Counted from the first letter of the whole stretch, positions 11,941 to 25,302 are shown. The stretch is 63,899 nucleotides of DNA, filler included, from Octopus bimaculoides (GCF_001194135.2; 6 parts of 5 records of this genome joined end to end with filler, not necessarily neighbours in it); one strand, 5' to 3'. The notes: generated by a model not told the origin, from the letters alone. Numbers and translations: made by a program.

Positions 11941-13108
11941 AAACATATCTAAGTTTATATATATGGATGGATGGATGGAGAAATAGATAGATAGATAGAT
12001 ACATAGACAGATAGATAGATAGATACATAGACAGATAGATAGATAGATACATAGAGAGAGAGAGACAGACAGACAAACAGACAGACAAACAGACAGACAG
12101 ATAGATAGATAGGTAGATAGATACATAGACAGATAGATAGATACATACATAGATAGATAGATAGAGAGAGAGACAAACAGACAGACAGACAGACAGATAG
12201 ATAGATTTTCCAAATTATTGTTAGTAATGACATATAGAATCCAAGTGGGTACTGCAGTCGCATGTACTGGTTATTAATGCTGGCTAATTTCTGTGAGTGT
12301 GCAAAGAACTCCAGTTAATTTGCTTTCCTAACACCAGTCTATCTACACATCAGTAAATCCATATGTCTCTATAGAGACTGCATTCTTCCAGTAGAGAAAA
12401 TAATGAATTTATAACAAAAGAGAATAGAGATTTATATCCAGTTTTATTCAGCAGTTAATTGTTTCTTTTCGTTTCAGCACTGCACACATTTTCAGTGTGC
12501 ATAAGTTAATTACCGCAGAAACATGTGTAGAAGCAGAAATGAAAAGAAGTAATTAATTGCTGAATATATAAACTTCTATTCTCCTTTATTATAAATTCAT
12601 TATATATATACACACGCACACATATATGTTATAGGCCTATATATAATCGGTTTGTTACCTAACACTGTATTGTACTCCTAATGCGAACCGTAGAGTATAT
12701 CACAATAAGTCGTCCACATCTTGTGACATATATATGTATGTATGTATATAAATATATATATATATATATTATTTATTAATTCCTAAAAAAATATAAGGAG
12801 AAAAATCACGTTAATGATTTTTAACAAGTAGTCAGCATGCTATAAAAATTTATAGACAATTAATACATTAAAGTAATAATAATGTACATTTGGATCTATA
12901 TGTGCAAATATTTGTATGTTGACGTGTGAACTTGCTTTGGACATTATGTACAATTATTTGGACTTATTTTCCCCCCACCCCCACCCTGTTGACAAATGAA
13001 GAAAGCTTATTTTTTACTTTAATCCAGAAATTGGAACCAATTCATAATTAACATGAGGTCTTTTTAATTTTCTCTCTGTAGCCCACTTTCAGCCATGTGT
13101 ATATTTAG

Positions 13109-13142
<34 letters not shown>

Positions 13143-13155
13143 TTCTCTCTCTCTC

Positions 13156-13196
<41 letters not shown>

Positions 13197-13599
13197 ATCT
13201 TACTCACACTCTATTGTTTTCACTGTAAGTTTTTAATCGCTATTTACAAACAACAACGACAAATTACTGATAAAATTAAGTTCATAATTTACTGACAGAA
13301 GTAACTTCATAAATTTCACTTAGTACACTTAGTTAATTTCCCTAAAAATTTCTTATTTACTTTTGTAATGGTATTGTGTTTTTCTGTTGTTAATGGCTTT
13401 TTTCTGCTTCTTTCAATACTGGCTCTTTGGTTCACTAAGTAGTAAATTTCGCTTCAACCCATACAATTCTATATTTTCTGTAAAAATTTATTTTCTTTCT
13501 TCCCGTCGTATTAAGAAATATAATTTCCGTTACCCAATTATTTTCATTCTTTCCTACCTTCTGCACTTCTGTATTTCTGTATACGTATATAACCATTCC

Positions 13600-14506
13600 T
13601 AGAAGGAAAGTGTCAAATTTGTCTACAATGTCAAGGTCAGCTAAAGGAATGTCTCTGTCCAGAGAAAGAGAGACAGTGGCAGAAAGGGAAGCATATCAAG
13701 AAACGAACAGACTGTGCACTACAAAAGCCAGAGCATCTGAAAGTGATGAATAGAGATATGCACGGCTGACAAGGAATAGGATATCCACTGCAGAATGAAG
13801 AGCAGTTACAACAGCTCAGAGAAGCAACTTCTATGAAGAAGCTTTCAATTATGATCCAGCAGTTCATTATGCAGATGACACTAGAGTTTCCATTGGTTCA
13901 ATGATAACTGAGTGCATACATTGTAAAGCAAGGAAGTAGCCTGGAGAGACATCTGCTCTGTGCTGCAGTGGTGGAAAGGTTAAATTCCCTGCAATCCCCC
14001 AACCTCCAGAGCCATTGAAGAAACTGTTGTCATCAACTGATCAAGATTCCAAGAACTTCCAAAACAAAATTAGGTAATACAACGCTGCACTACAGATGGC
14101 ATCATTTGGAGTCTCAAGAGAGTTAACTGAGCCAGGATTCATGCAAACTTTCAAGATCCAAGGCCAGATTTGTCATCACATTGTCTCTCTACTACCTCTG
14201 TCAAATGAATCACCAAAATCGGCTTTTCGTTGTTTATAATCTGTACCTGTTTTTTTGGTTATGAAATAAGCTACACAAAATGTGTTTTTTGAATTATGTG
14301 TATTTACTTTATTAACATATATGAGTTGAAAACTTTCTTTTAGCATTCCACTTAATGTCTATGTTCCATACTGGCATGGGTTGGAGAGGTATTAATGAAG
14401 AAAGTTGGTATCTCAACTACTAGCAGTTGAGACCTGTGTAATCTATACAGCGTTTTTAAATTTCATTATTGTCACTAATCCAAGCAACGCTGGGTGTATC
14501 TGCTGG
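13600..14506 (+). mobile_element. Internally deleted Helitron: RepHel N-terminal region plus 3' terminal hairpin
   Basis: Decayed frame EAFNYDP…SIGSMITECIHCKARK*PGETSALCCSGGKVKFP…PPEPLKKLL…FQNKIR*YNAALQMASFG…FMQTFKIQGQICHHIVSLLP. The terminus is CCAAGCAACGCTGGG hairpin + CTGG|T (CTAG variant) at 14480-14507. Confidence 0.85.
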
Positions 14507-14869
14507 TATGTTTGTGTGTGTGTGTGCAGTTCAAATTTACACAAAAAAAAACAAAAGAAGACAGGTGTAGGAACAACAAGCAGGTGTATTAGTTTAACGC
14601 TCGAGAAAAATGGAAAAGTCTTTTACATTTCAAGTCTACGCTCTTCGACAGAAATGATTAAGAGGAAAACACACACATATATATACATATATATATACAC
14701 ACACACAGATATATACACACACACACATATATGCATACATATATATACACATGCATGTTTATAATATATATATATATATATAAATATTAACATATATATA
14801 CGTACATATATATACACACACATACATACATACATACATACATACATACATACATACATGTATATCATT

Positions 14870-15255
14870 TATCTTTTACTCTTTTCAATCATTAGACTGC
14901 AGTCATGCTGGGGCACTGCTTTGAATTCTTAGTCAAACCGATAAGACTTTTTAAGCCTGCTACTTATTCTGTCCGTTACTTTTGTCGAACCGCTAAGTTA
15001 TGGGAATGCAAACACACCAACAACAATTGTTAAGCGGTGGTGGGGGACAAACGCAGATAGAAAGACACACTCACACACACACACATACACAGATATATAC
15101 AACGGGCTTCTTTCAGTTTCTGTCCAACAAATCCACTCACAAGGCTTTGGTCAGCCCAATTCTATTGTAGAAAACACTTGTTCATGTACCACGCAGTGGG
15201 ACTGAAACCGGAACCATGCGGTTGAGACTCAAGTTTTTTTACCATCCAGCCATAA
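14870..15255 (-). mobile_element. tRNA-derived SINE family A
   Basis: Colinear with the 7393-7780 copy (GACTGCAGTCATGCTGGGGCACTGC…ACGGGCTTCTTTCAGTTTC…ACGCAGTGGGACTGAA). Confidence 0.85.
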
Positions 15256-16464
15256 ACGCACACACATACACCCACACACACTTTAAATTCCGATATAATC
15301 GTAATATACAACATCTGAAATCTGTAAAAACTACCCCTTTTTCTGAAAGTTAAGAGGAAACAAAGTCAACGAGGCATGCTTATGTATGAATGCTCTGTAA
15401 GTTAATTTGGGGCCGACCTTTCAGCTAGCGCTCATTATCTTCATCCTGTCGCGTATACCACACTATTATAATTTGAAGACAACTTCCCATCAGCGTTTTC
15501 CCCCTACCACAGAGGGTACTTGTGGCTTCGTACAGACCTGTCGGGCATCAAGGAATTTGTCATCCTTTATCTCGGTTACAGCGATTGTCGCGGCTTAGGG
15601 CTGTAGCTTAGTCATTCTCGCATTGCTGCCTCCCCCAGCATCTGTCAACTGCAGCTATTGGCGCTCCCTTATTTTTTTTAGATACGTATATACATAATAC
15701 ACACACTAAAATATACATATACATATACATACATATATATATATATATATATACAAAGAGAAAGAGAAGGATAGACAGAAAGAAAGAAAGAAAAACACAT
15801 ATATACATACAAATATGTGCGTGTGTGTGTATGTGTGCATATTCAAACGCCACTGCTTGTAATTATCTATACACATGCACACACACACACACATACATAT
15901 ACACATACATCTCTCAATAGTTATTTCTTCTGTCATTCCCATCACACAAGCACTTCCTTCAAGCAACGACCTATCCTACACACCCCTTTAGACAATAATC
16001 GGACAAGTCCAAGTGCTTGTTACTGTCGCACATATTCAATTGGGACAGTCGTTACTTCTTCGGACAACCAGGATATTAAAATCACTCTTTTATACATTAT
16101 CCTATATACATACGGTTAGTATAAATTATATATATATATATACTTAATATGTATGTTTATTATTTCAAACAGTTTCATTCAGTTCTTTGCTAAATGTATT
16201 AAGTGCTCTTTTCTTTCGTTTGTCCACTCACTCGTATATATATAAATGTATGTATATATATATGTATATATTCTGTTTTATTATTGCTACTTGCTGTCAT
16301 TTCCTCTTATATTTATATATGAATAGATAAATGAAAATGCATATTTATAGATAGATACATTTGTATACATGTTTATAATTATATCTATATTAATAGTTGT
16401 ATACATAGATCAATGTATCCGTGAGTATTTGAATATATTTTAGTATAACTGCCACTTGCTATCG

Positions 16465-16504
<40 letters not shown>

Positions 16505-17816
16505 TACAAACACACACAAATATATATATCTTACACATACACACACACGTATATATATATAAATATATGCTCTTTTTTTTTCTTTTACTTCCTTCAGTCA
16601 TTTGACTAAGGCATGCTGGAGCACCACCAATAGTCAAACAAATCAACACGAGGACTTACTCTTTCTAAGCTTACTACTTATTCCATTGGTTTTTCTGCTG
16701 AACCGCTATGTTACGGGGACGTGAACACCCCAGAGTCAGTTGTTAAGTGATCGTGAAAGAGCAATTACATAGCTACAAATACATACATAGATATATGTGT
16801 GTGTATGTGCATATATATATATATANNNNNNNNNNNNNNNNNNNNNNNNNNNNNNNNNNNNNNNNNNNNNNNNNNNNNNNNNNNNNNNNNNNNNNNNNNN
16901 NNNNNNNNNNNNNNNNNNNNNNNNNGCTGGAGTCTGGTGCTGCCCCTCAGCTTACCAGCCCTAGTCAAACCATCCAGCCCATGACAGCATAGACAACAGA
17001 CATTAAATGATGATGTTTCCCTCCTCTCTCACTCTGTCTCTTTCCTTTTTTTTCTCTCTTTCTCATCCTTCCCTAATTCTTTAATCCCTCTGCCCACTAC
17101 CTCTCTCCTCTCCTTCCACATGACCAGTGTTTGGCTAAGCCTGACTTTTCTTTCTTGGTTCGACTACCATCTGTGTAGCATCTCTCGTATTTCTTCCCAT
17201 GACTTTTATGTTCCTGCCACAAGGGTTCACTTCCACACACCAGCTTAATTTAATTTGTCCTTAGTCAAAAGACACCTGTTGTTAATATCTTGTTATTTGT
17301 ATTTGTGTACCATTTCTCCATTTTTTTTCATCCTTATTTTCATATACATTCTCTTGCTTTCTTCCAAAGAATCTAGTGCTCTCAGCTTAAATTTTCTTGG
17401 AGCTGGCCAGATTAGAGCAGTCTCAAGAGTAAGAGACTGAAACTGAAAAGGCAATCTGATTCTTGACTGATGTTTGAAAGCTCCGAATGACCCGTCCTTG
17501 TTTTATCCTGTCCTTTTTTGTACCATCTAACTGTTCAAATGTTTTGTTGTTGTCTGCTACATTCTTCTTCCATTTTTTGTTTTGATTTTTGATATATATA
17601 TATAAATATATACATATATATACACACACACACACACAACTGACTTATTTCAGATTCCATCTTCCAAATCTACTCTAGGCTTTGCCCAGCTTGAGGTTAT
17701 AGTAGAAGACATTTCTAATATAGCTTCAAAGTGCCCCAATGAGACTGAACCTGTAATCATGTGGTTGTGAAACAAAGTTTTTATCGTACAGCTATACCTG
17801 TATGTATGTATGTATG

Positions 17817-17892
<76 letters not shown>

Positions 17893-18894
17893 CACATACG
17901 TATATGTACCTACTTACATCTATACATATATATATATGCATATGTGGGCACAGGACGTCACAAAACGTCTACAACAAAAAAATACGAAGCAGGAGTACAT
18001 GGAACATGAACATTCTTTCGAACAACGAAAGACACAAATGGAAAACAAAACAAACAACATAAAGAACGACCCTTCATCAGTTGTTGGCTGTTTTTCTAGT
18101 CTCATATTTGGAGCATTTAACACCAATATATGCCTTCGATAAAAGAGTTGCTCCCGCAAAGCAAATTAAATCAAATTTGGGATTTTGTGGAGGGTCAAAA
18201 TAGGTAACACAAACAGGACAGTGAAAACAAACAGAAAGGGCTGCTAAGCCTAAACGAGGTTGCGGTGGCAAATACGTAAATCAAGCTAGGACAGGAGACA
18301 AATATGAAATGCACCCACAATGGCCTATGTAGCACAAGTGCTGCCCGGAGTGGATGTTTATTTGGCTGCCCCTTAAAAGTTCTAATACTTCAAACCAAAA
18401 ACAGAATAATATAGGTATACATGTATGCAAAATAAGAAGACAAACCATTTATTTACCTCAAATTTACCTTTATTATGTTTATACACAAAAAATAATAGGA
18501 AAAATATGTTAAAGAACAGAAGATGAGTGAATTACAAAAATGAACAATTTACAAATTGATTTTACATACCTTCCTCTTCGTGAAATCTTGAATGACTTCA
18601 TCAAAATTAATTTTATCCACAAGGTCACGCTCTATGGAGAGTATTGCCAAATCAGTCAACCTTTTTGACTTATTGTTGACCTTAGGTGGTTTTTGATGAG
18701 CTTTAGTTTAGAAAAGGACTGTTTGCAGCTAGCAACCTTAATGGCAATGAATCAATAAGATTATATTTCTGAATAAACTGAAGAACTTACAAAGGCTCTT
18801 CCATGCCTTCAGCATCAGCAGCCACCAAATAATTTTGCAGTCTTGCCCTTTCAACCAGAAAGTCTTCTCTCTTAATATTCTCATTAAAAAGCAT

Positions 18895-20380
18895 ACAGTT
18901 CTATATTTGAGAGATGAGGAATTATTTACATTTGACAGATATTTGTCCTCATCTTGTTTGTTGTTAACACAATGTTTCGGCTGATATACCCTCCAGCCTT
19001 CATCAGGTGTCTTGGAGAAATTTCGAACCTGGGTTTTCATTCCTAACGTATTTTTCGATGTTATTATTTAGGTCACTGCCTGGAATTGAACTTGGAATCT
19101 TGGGGTTAGTAGCCCATGCTCTTAACCATATGGAGTGAATTTTAGGGCTTATAAATCTAATATTCTCCTATCCTTCCTTAATACCAGTTCCCATATGCTA
19201 CTCATATCTGCACTCAGTCTGCTTAGGAGGTTGTTGTGTCCTAGCATATCTGCTGCTTCTTTTAGTTTTTGTATTTTCCAGTGGTGTTCTCTGTCTATTA
19301 TTTAAATCCATCCCACAGAGGGAGGTGGTCTCCATTTTTCCATACATGGTCAGCTATACCCGATTTATCAATATCTCCTCATGTCAAAGCTTTGTAATGT
19401 TCCTCTACCCTTATTTTGAGTGGGGCGGCATGTTTCGCCTTTGTATAACCTACCACAGCTGCATACAGTGTAAAGAGAGGGATTGCTCAGTGCTTAAAAC
19501 ATCGTGCAAAGAATATAAGTAGCGAACTTGATACACACCACGAAGAAATGATCAAACTCAATAACAATCTATTAAGTAACAACTACTCCAAAAACATACT
19601 ATCCACTTCAATTATGAGGAAAAGAGAGGATGAAACCAATAAACTGTCTGTCTACCCTATGTGAAAGGCCTCTCCGAAAAGATACAAAAGATATGTGGCC
19701 CATTTGACATCAGGACAGTATTCAAGAGTAATACAACACTTCACAAATATCTCCTTCGAGTAAAACCACCAATAGAAGAGAATATGACTAAGAACTGCGT
19801 GTACTCCATTCCATGCAGCTGTAGTAGGTTATACAAAGGCAAAACATGCCACTCCCTCAAAATAAGGGTAGAGGAACATCGCAAAGCTGTGACATGAGAT
19901 ATTGATAAATTGGGTATGGCTGATCATGTGTGGAAAAATGGAAACTACCTCCCCCTGTGGGATGAAGTTAAAATAATAGACAGAGAACACCACTGGAAAA
20001 TACAAAAACTAAAAGAATCAGCGCATATGCTAGGACACAACAACCTCCTAAGCAGACAGAGTGCAGATATGAGTAGCATATGGGAACCGGTATTAAGGAA
20101 GGATAGGAAAATATTAGATTTATAAGCCCTAAAATTCACTTCATAATCGTCTACGGGTGTAGTTATTAAGAGCACAGGCTACTAACCCCAAGATTCAGAG
20201 TTTGATTCCAGGTAGTGACCTGAATAATAATAATAACATTGAAAAATACCTTAGGAAAGAGAACCCAGGTTTAAAATTTCCCCAAGACACCTAAAGACGA
20301 CTGGAGGGTATATCAGCCAAAACATGCTAACAACAAACAATAAGAGGATAAAGATCTGTCAAATGTAAATAATGTTCATC
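18895..20380 (+). mobile_element. Penelope-like retroelement, 5'-truncated, with an inverted pLTR copy
   Basis: GIY-YIG frames 19661-19897 and 19910-20125 (NCVYSIPCSCSRLYKGKT…RVEEH…ADHVWK…WDEVKIIDREHHW…KLKES). Segment about 18896-19465 is the reverse complement of about 19815-20380. AAAAGCAT is duplicated at 18887-18894 and 20381-20388. Confidence 0.9.
18966..19013 (-). ncRNA. Minimal type I hammerhead ribozyme in the Penelope pLTR
   Basis: Minus strand: GACAC-CTGATGA-A-GGCTG(GAGGGTATAT)CAGCC-GAAA-C-ATT-GTGTT. Stem I is GACAC/GTGTT and stem II is GGCTG/CAGCC. Stem III ACAT is probably a CpG-decayed ACGT. A more degenerate sister copy lies at 20284-20330 (+). Confidence 0.75.
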
Positions 20381-23149
20381 AAAAGCATCTACATTACAAT
20401 TACACTCTTCATCTAACAAATTGTGAGAAAGGTGTATTTCTTTGCAATATCATGAAGTCTTTTGATCCTAGAAGCTATTTCTTCAACCAGTCTGTCTATC
20501 ACTGACAATATTTTTCTTCTTAACTCAATGTCATAGCTGAGAGTGGCATCGATACTTTCTTCATAGCTCATTCTTTTTGTGAATTTGAAGCTCTGTGCTG
20601 ATTTCCATATCAGAACAAATTTCGGTTGAATAGGCCAACGAATCATCTACTGTTTTGTCTCTGCTTACAAGTAGAATAGTTTTCAAGGCTGATAGTTAAA
20701 TGGCACATTGTTGCAACTCCAAACCTTTTGTTTGGAGGTACTTTTGAGTGTCATTAATTTCAGGAAGTATATCTCTCCAAAGGTCAAGAAATGACAAGAA
20801 AGAATATGACAGCATCACCTGAAGAATTAAACCTGCATCAGATCTCGCAGTCTATCTTCTGCATCTTCCATCAACCGTTCTAGCACAGTGATGATTTCCA
20901 TGAATTTTTCTATGTACAATTTTCACTGCACCTGCTTGGCTACTTCATCTCCTTTCTCCAGCCTGTTTGATAGTTGCAAGAGTTATCCCATTGATGAGTT
21001 GAGGTTGAGAAGAATGAAAATAAACGGTCCAATGTGCCAAAAAATGTAACTGAATCTGCACCCACTTAAGCTGTATGCACAGATGCTAAATTCAGAGAGT
21101 GATTGGCGCATGGCACAAATACAATCTTTGGATTAACTTCTGTGATGCGTGGTTGAACACCGGATCAATGACCTACCATTACTGTCGCATTATCAAATGC
21201 TTGTCCACGACAGTCTTGAATGTTAATGTCGTCCATTTCTAATTACTTCAGAATCATTGGTGTAATTTGCTCAGCATTTTTGCCTTTCATCTCAATAAAA
21301 CGAAGAAAGGATTCTTCTACTTTTACTTTCATTTCACCTATTTGAACATAACGTGGCATCTGAGAAATTTAGTCAATATGAGAAATATCTGGAATACTAT
21401 CAAAAATAATGCAATACTATTTACTCTGTTTCACTTCATTGATAACTTTCTTTCTCACTTGATCTCCCAGGGCGTTCACAAATTCATTCTGAATTTTTGG
21501 TGAGAGACAGGAATTTGTAAACTTATCAATTTTTACTTTCACCAAATGTTCACATAGAACTGGGTTGAATTTTCCAATCAGTTGAACAAGCTCCAGAAAA
21601 TTTCCTTCATTTTCATTTGCCTTCTCAACTTGAATATCTTCTCTATGGCCTCATAAAGCTAGGTTTTGCTTAGCAAGAAACGTAATTATGTCCCAGAATC
21701 TAGTCAGGATTTGCTTCCGTTTCTTTGTTTCATTTTCAACAAAGGTTTGTTGTTCTTTATCTATTACCTCGCCTTTGGAAAGACGAATTTCTAGCTCTTT
21801 CCACTGAGTAAATGCATTCTCATGTGCAGGACTAGATTCATGTTTTTTTTTTATTATAAGATTCAACTTCCACCAAGATTTGAAATCATTGACTGAGCAA
21901 AACTTTGAGTTTCCACTTGAAAATAAATTACAACAAAACAAAACATGGCTTCTTTCTATGAAGAGTTTATCATCAAAGTTCTCAAGATTTTTTTCCTCCA
22001 TTTTGTAAAATTTTTAAAAAAAACTAGTTTCTTGACAATCTTCTAGTCATCCCTTTCAGTTTTGATATAAGTCCTGGACATACAACTTCTTTAAATTCAC
22101 AGTCAATATTTTGCACAGCCTTCGATCCTTGTTGTACAAGGATTTCCCAAATACTGTCAACGTGATTAAACTTAGCAAACCACACCCCAATGTCTAGAGT
22201 TTTGTTCTTCAATAGTTTGTGGTGGATCAACATCATCAACTATTTTCTTACTTCATTAACATCATCTCTATGACCTTCTACAGTAATATCAGTTTCCTCT
22301 GGACGGTCGGGTCTGATGAGAAATTTAATTATGGCACCTTCATTTCGTCTTTCTTCTCTCGTTTTTTTCTTTTTCTTTTTTTTTTTCTTTTTGAAATGCT
22401 GCATTGCTGTCCTTAATTCGCTTCATCTCAAATTATATGAGTGATATTGTAAATTTATATGAATAAAACCAAATAGAGTATAGACCAACCTAAAAAATAA
22501 TCAGCTTTCTGAATATCATCGACACACTGTCTTATCCAATAACACACAATATTACTGGATTAACAATATTATAATGTATATTACACATTAACAAACAATA
22601 CAAGTTTACTGATGATAAATTTTAATTTTAAGGTAATTTTAATTGCTACTTTACATTATTAAAGTCTATAATATTTATACTGCATTTTTATTAATGATAT
22701 ATTAATACAAATAAATTGTGCCACTTGGGGCAGACTGTCCCCACCTCTTAGTATGCCACTGTGTACACACACACAACAACTCACACACAACTGTTTCAGT
22801 TTCCATTTATGAAATCCAGCCCCCATGGCTATGGTAGAAGATGCTTGCCCAAAGTACCAAGTGGTTGGGAAGTAAACTTCTCAGTGCCTGGACTTACTCC
22901 AAGGTCGATAAAAATACAAAAAGTAATAATGGACTCGTAATATATTCAAATGAATTCAAGCTTAGGAAAAGAGACAAGAAAATCTATACAATTGTATTTT
23001 CTCTCTACATTAATAAACATTCACTCATACATACACAAAAAAATAAAAGAATTAGTGGATGGTAGGCTCCACTAGAGAAATTAATGCATAACAAGAAATA
23101 CAAGTTCTGGTCAAAAAAAGTATTGGGACTTTTGCTATTGTAATGGAGC

Positions 23150-23790
23150 TAAAGTATGCAGAGTGAAGCAACTTGGCACAGATTGACCTTGAACTCTTTT
23201 GCACATACACAGTTAAAATGTTCTCAATCTCTTCTGTTGTTTATAGCAGTACTTGGAAGTTCAAGTACTTAGGTGGTTGGGTGAGAGGTTCAGAAGCAGA
23301 CATCAAGATCAGGAAGACACAAGCACGGACAGTCAGTCACAAGCTAAAGGAAGTCTGGAATTCCAAATTGTTCAGGCAAATCAAAACCAAGCTGTTCATT
23401 GCAACTGTTGAATCAGGGCTATTATTATATGGCAGTGAAACATGGACACTAACAAAGAAATTGTGAAATGAGCTAAATGGATGCTACACAAGGATTCTCC
23501 AAATGACTCTATATGTGGAATGATAGCAACATATGACAAATGAATGACTTTATGGAGACCTGTTGAAAGTTATCAACCAAGATCAGCTAAAGACAACTGC
23601 AAACTACCTTGTCACCGCATGCACCACCCTAAGTTGGAACCCACTTCATGGTGACATAAGAAGAGGAAAACGTCATCACACTTACATTGACAATTTGATT
23701 GCAGATATAAGCCTGGAATGTATCCAGGATATTAAGGTAATGACGATGAACCGAGAAAGGTGGCAGGTGAACTTAGTTGCTACAGCCCAG
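23150..23790 (+). pseudogene. RTEX/RTE-like LINE ORF 3' fragment
   Basis: FKYLGGW…EADIKIRKTQA…KLKEVWNSKL…KLFIATVESGLLLYGSETWTLTKKL…GCYTRIL…TYIDNL…NRERW. Confidence 0.85.
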
Positions 23791-23849
23791 GTTGGAACCT
23801 GGTCACACAAAAAACAAAAAAAAGATGTCATGTATATTGGTGAAAAAAC

Positions 23850-24510
23850 TTATATTACAAATGAAGTTAATTGTGATGCGGGTTCTCTCTGAATTACACA
23901 GACAATCCTAAGAGAAAAGTTGGGTATAAGATGCATCAGATGTTGTGTGGAAGAGAGAAGACTGTGCTAGTTTGGTCATGTGATGAATATGGATGAGGAC
24001 AGCTGTGTGAAGAAGTGCTGATCTCCAAATGTGGAAGGGGTAGACTCAGAAGATGTAGGATGAAGTGATGAGAAAGCATCATCATTGAAATGACAAGGGA
24101 GCACAACCTCTGGTGATTTATTGTGCTTGAGAAAACACATCAAGCTAAGTAAAATCATGGCCATCCATACATACAAACATGTCCTTCTGTCAGTTGTACT
24201 AGTGCCACATAGTAATGCTCCCATTCGGGGTCACATATAAAGCACCTGTGTTGGTGTCATGCATAAAACTCCTGTGTCAGTGCCACTAATAGACACCCAT
24301 GTTGGTTCCATGTATAAAGTACCCATGCCAGTCCCACCTAAGAAGCACCCAGCCCACACTGTGAAGTGGTTAGCATTAGGAAGAGTATCCAGCTATAGAA
24401 ACCATGTTGAAACAGACAAATGGAGCCTGAACAGCTTTTTGGCTGACCAACTCCTATCAAGCCATCCAATCCATTCCAGCATGACAAACAGACATTAAAT
24501 GATGATGATG
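23850..24510 (+). mobile_element. RTE LINE 3' end (ORF tail, 3' UTR, (GAT)n)
   Basis: LREKLGIRCIRCCVEERRLC*FGHVMNMDEDSCVKKC, then the same UTR as 7030-7315, ending GACATTAAATGATGATGATG. Confidence 0.8.
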
Positions 24511-24511
24511 A

Positions 24512-25052
24512 GGCCTGATCAAAATGTATCAGGAAGTGGTTCTATAAAAAGAAAATTACAACACATATCAATTCAGCATCTTTTCTCCTTCAAAATAGCT
24601 CTTTTCTGAAGCTACATACTCCATCCAGCATCATTTCCATCAATAGAATCATTCCAGTGAGGAATGATAACAGGCAACTGCCTTGTCACATTCTCTTGGA
24701 TTTCCTCAACATCTTGAAATCTTGTTGGGGTCTTCCACTGCATAGACTGAGCCTTAGTTTCATGGTCACAACCATAGACCCATGAATTGTCCCCTGTTAT
24801 AACCATTTAAAAAAAAATTATGTCTTCCTTGACACAAGGAGATCCTGTACATCTGAAACCTGATTTTCTTTTTGAGATGGCCACACTCTACTCCCAAGCA
24901 CTGCTGTAAACAACAGAAGTGAATGAGAACATCATAACTGAGTGTGCATGTATGACAGAGTTCAAGGTCATTTTGTGCAAAGTGGCTTTACTCTGCATAC
25001 TTTAGCTCTGTTACCGTGGCAACAGTCCACTTACTTTTTGTTCAGATCTACT
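24512..25052 (-). mobile_element. Internally deleted mariner relic
   Basis: ORF 24612-24806 reads VITGDNSWVYGCDHETKAQSMQWKTP (mariner ITGDETW…ETK.QS..W), followed directly by the C-terminal FQDVEEIQENVT. Confidence 0.7.
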
Positions 25053-25302
25053 TAATGCATGAGTGTTGTTAAAAACATGCAGCTGCAGTATTTTGTGTAA
25101 CCAAATCCTAATTTCTTGTTTAAAACTATTCTTGTTGACTTACACTGTTAAATATCCTTGAGAGAAGCATAAAAGCCTCTACATCCATAAATGTACTCTT
25201 ATTTATCATTCTTTAAAGAGTATGAGAATTTTATGTTTTTCTTAATCCCTAAAACAAAATAAACTAACAAATGTTTTCTTTTCCTCTACTTTTTAGGTCA
25301 GA

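Larger units (their letters stand above)
18318..22761 (-). mobile_element. hAT (Tip100/ZMYM1-like) DNA transposon, decayed, with a nested Penelope insertion
   Basis: Imperfect TIRs CAATGGCCTA (18318) and TATGCCACTG (ends 22761). The 8-bp flanks TGCACCCA / TGTACACA match at 6 of 8 positions (TSD). Minus frames give FLAKQNLALRGH…GNFLELVQLIGKF and the hAT dimerisation motif VASCKQSFSKLKLIKNHLRSTISQKRLTDLAILSIE. Confidence 0.9.

Noticed and set aside
13085-13230. TATA-like TATATTTAG, CT tract and CACT|GTAAGT donor as a 5' UTR exon
   Set aside because: Motifs this short are common in AT-rich DNA and the site adjoins a Helitron; no independent support.
18060-18200. CTGATGAAGGG / CTGACGAAGG motif family (also about 30480-30520 and 40140)
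   Set aside because: A hammerhead half-core is present, but I could not build stems I and III or a properly placed GAAA. Treated as an ordinary dispersed repeat.
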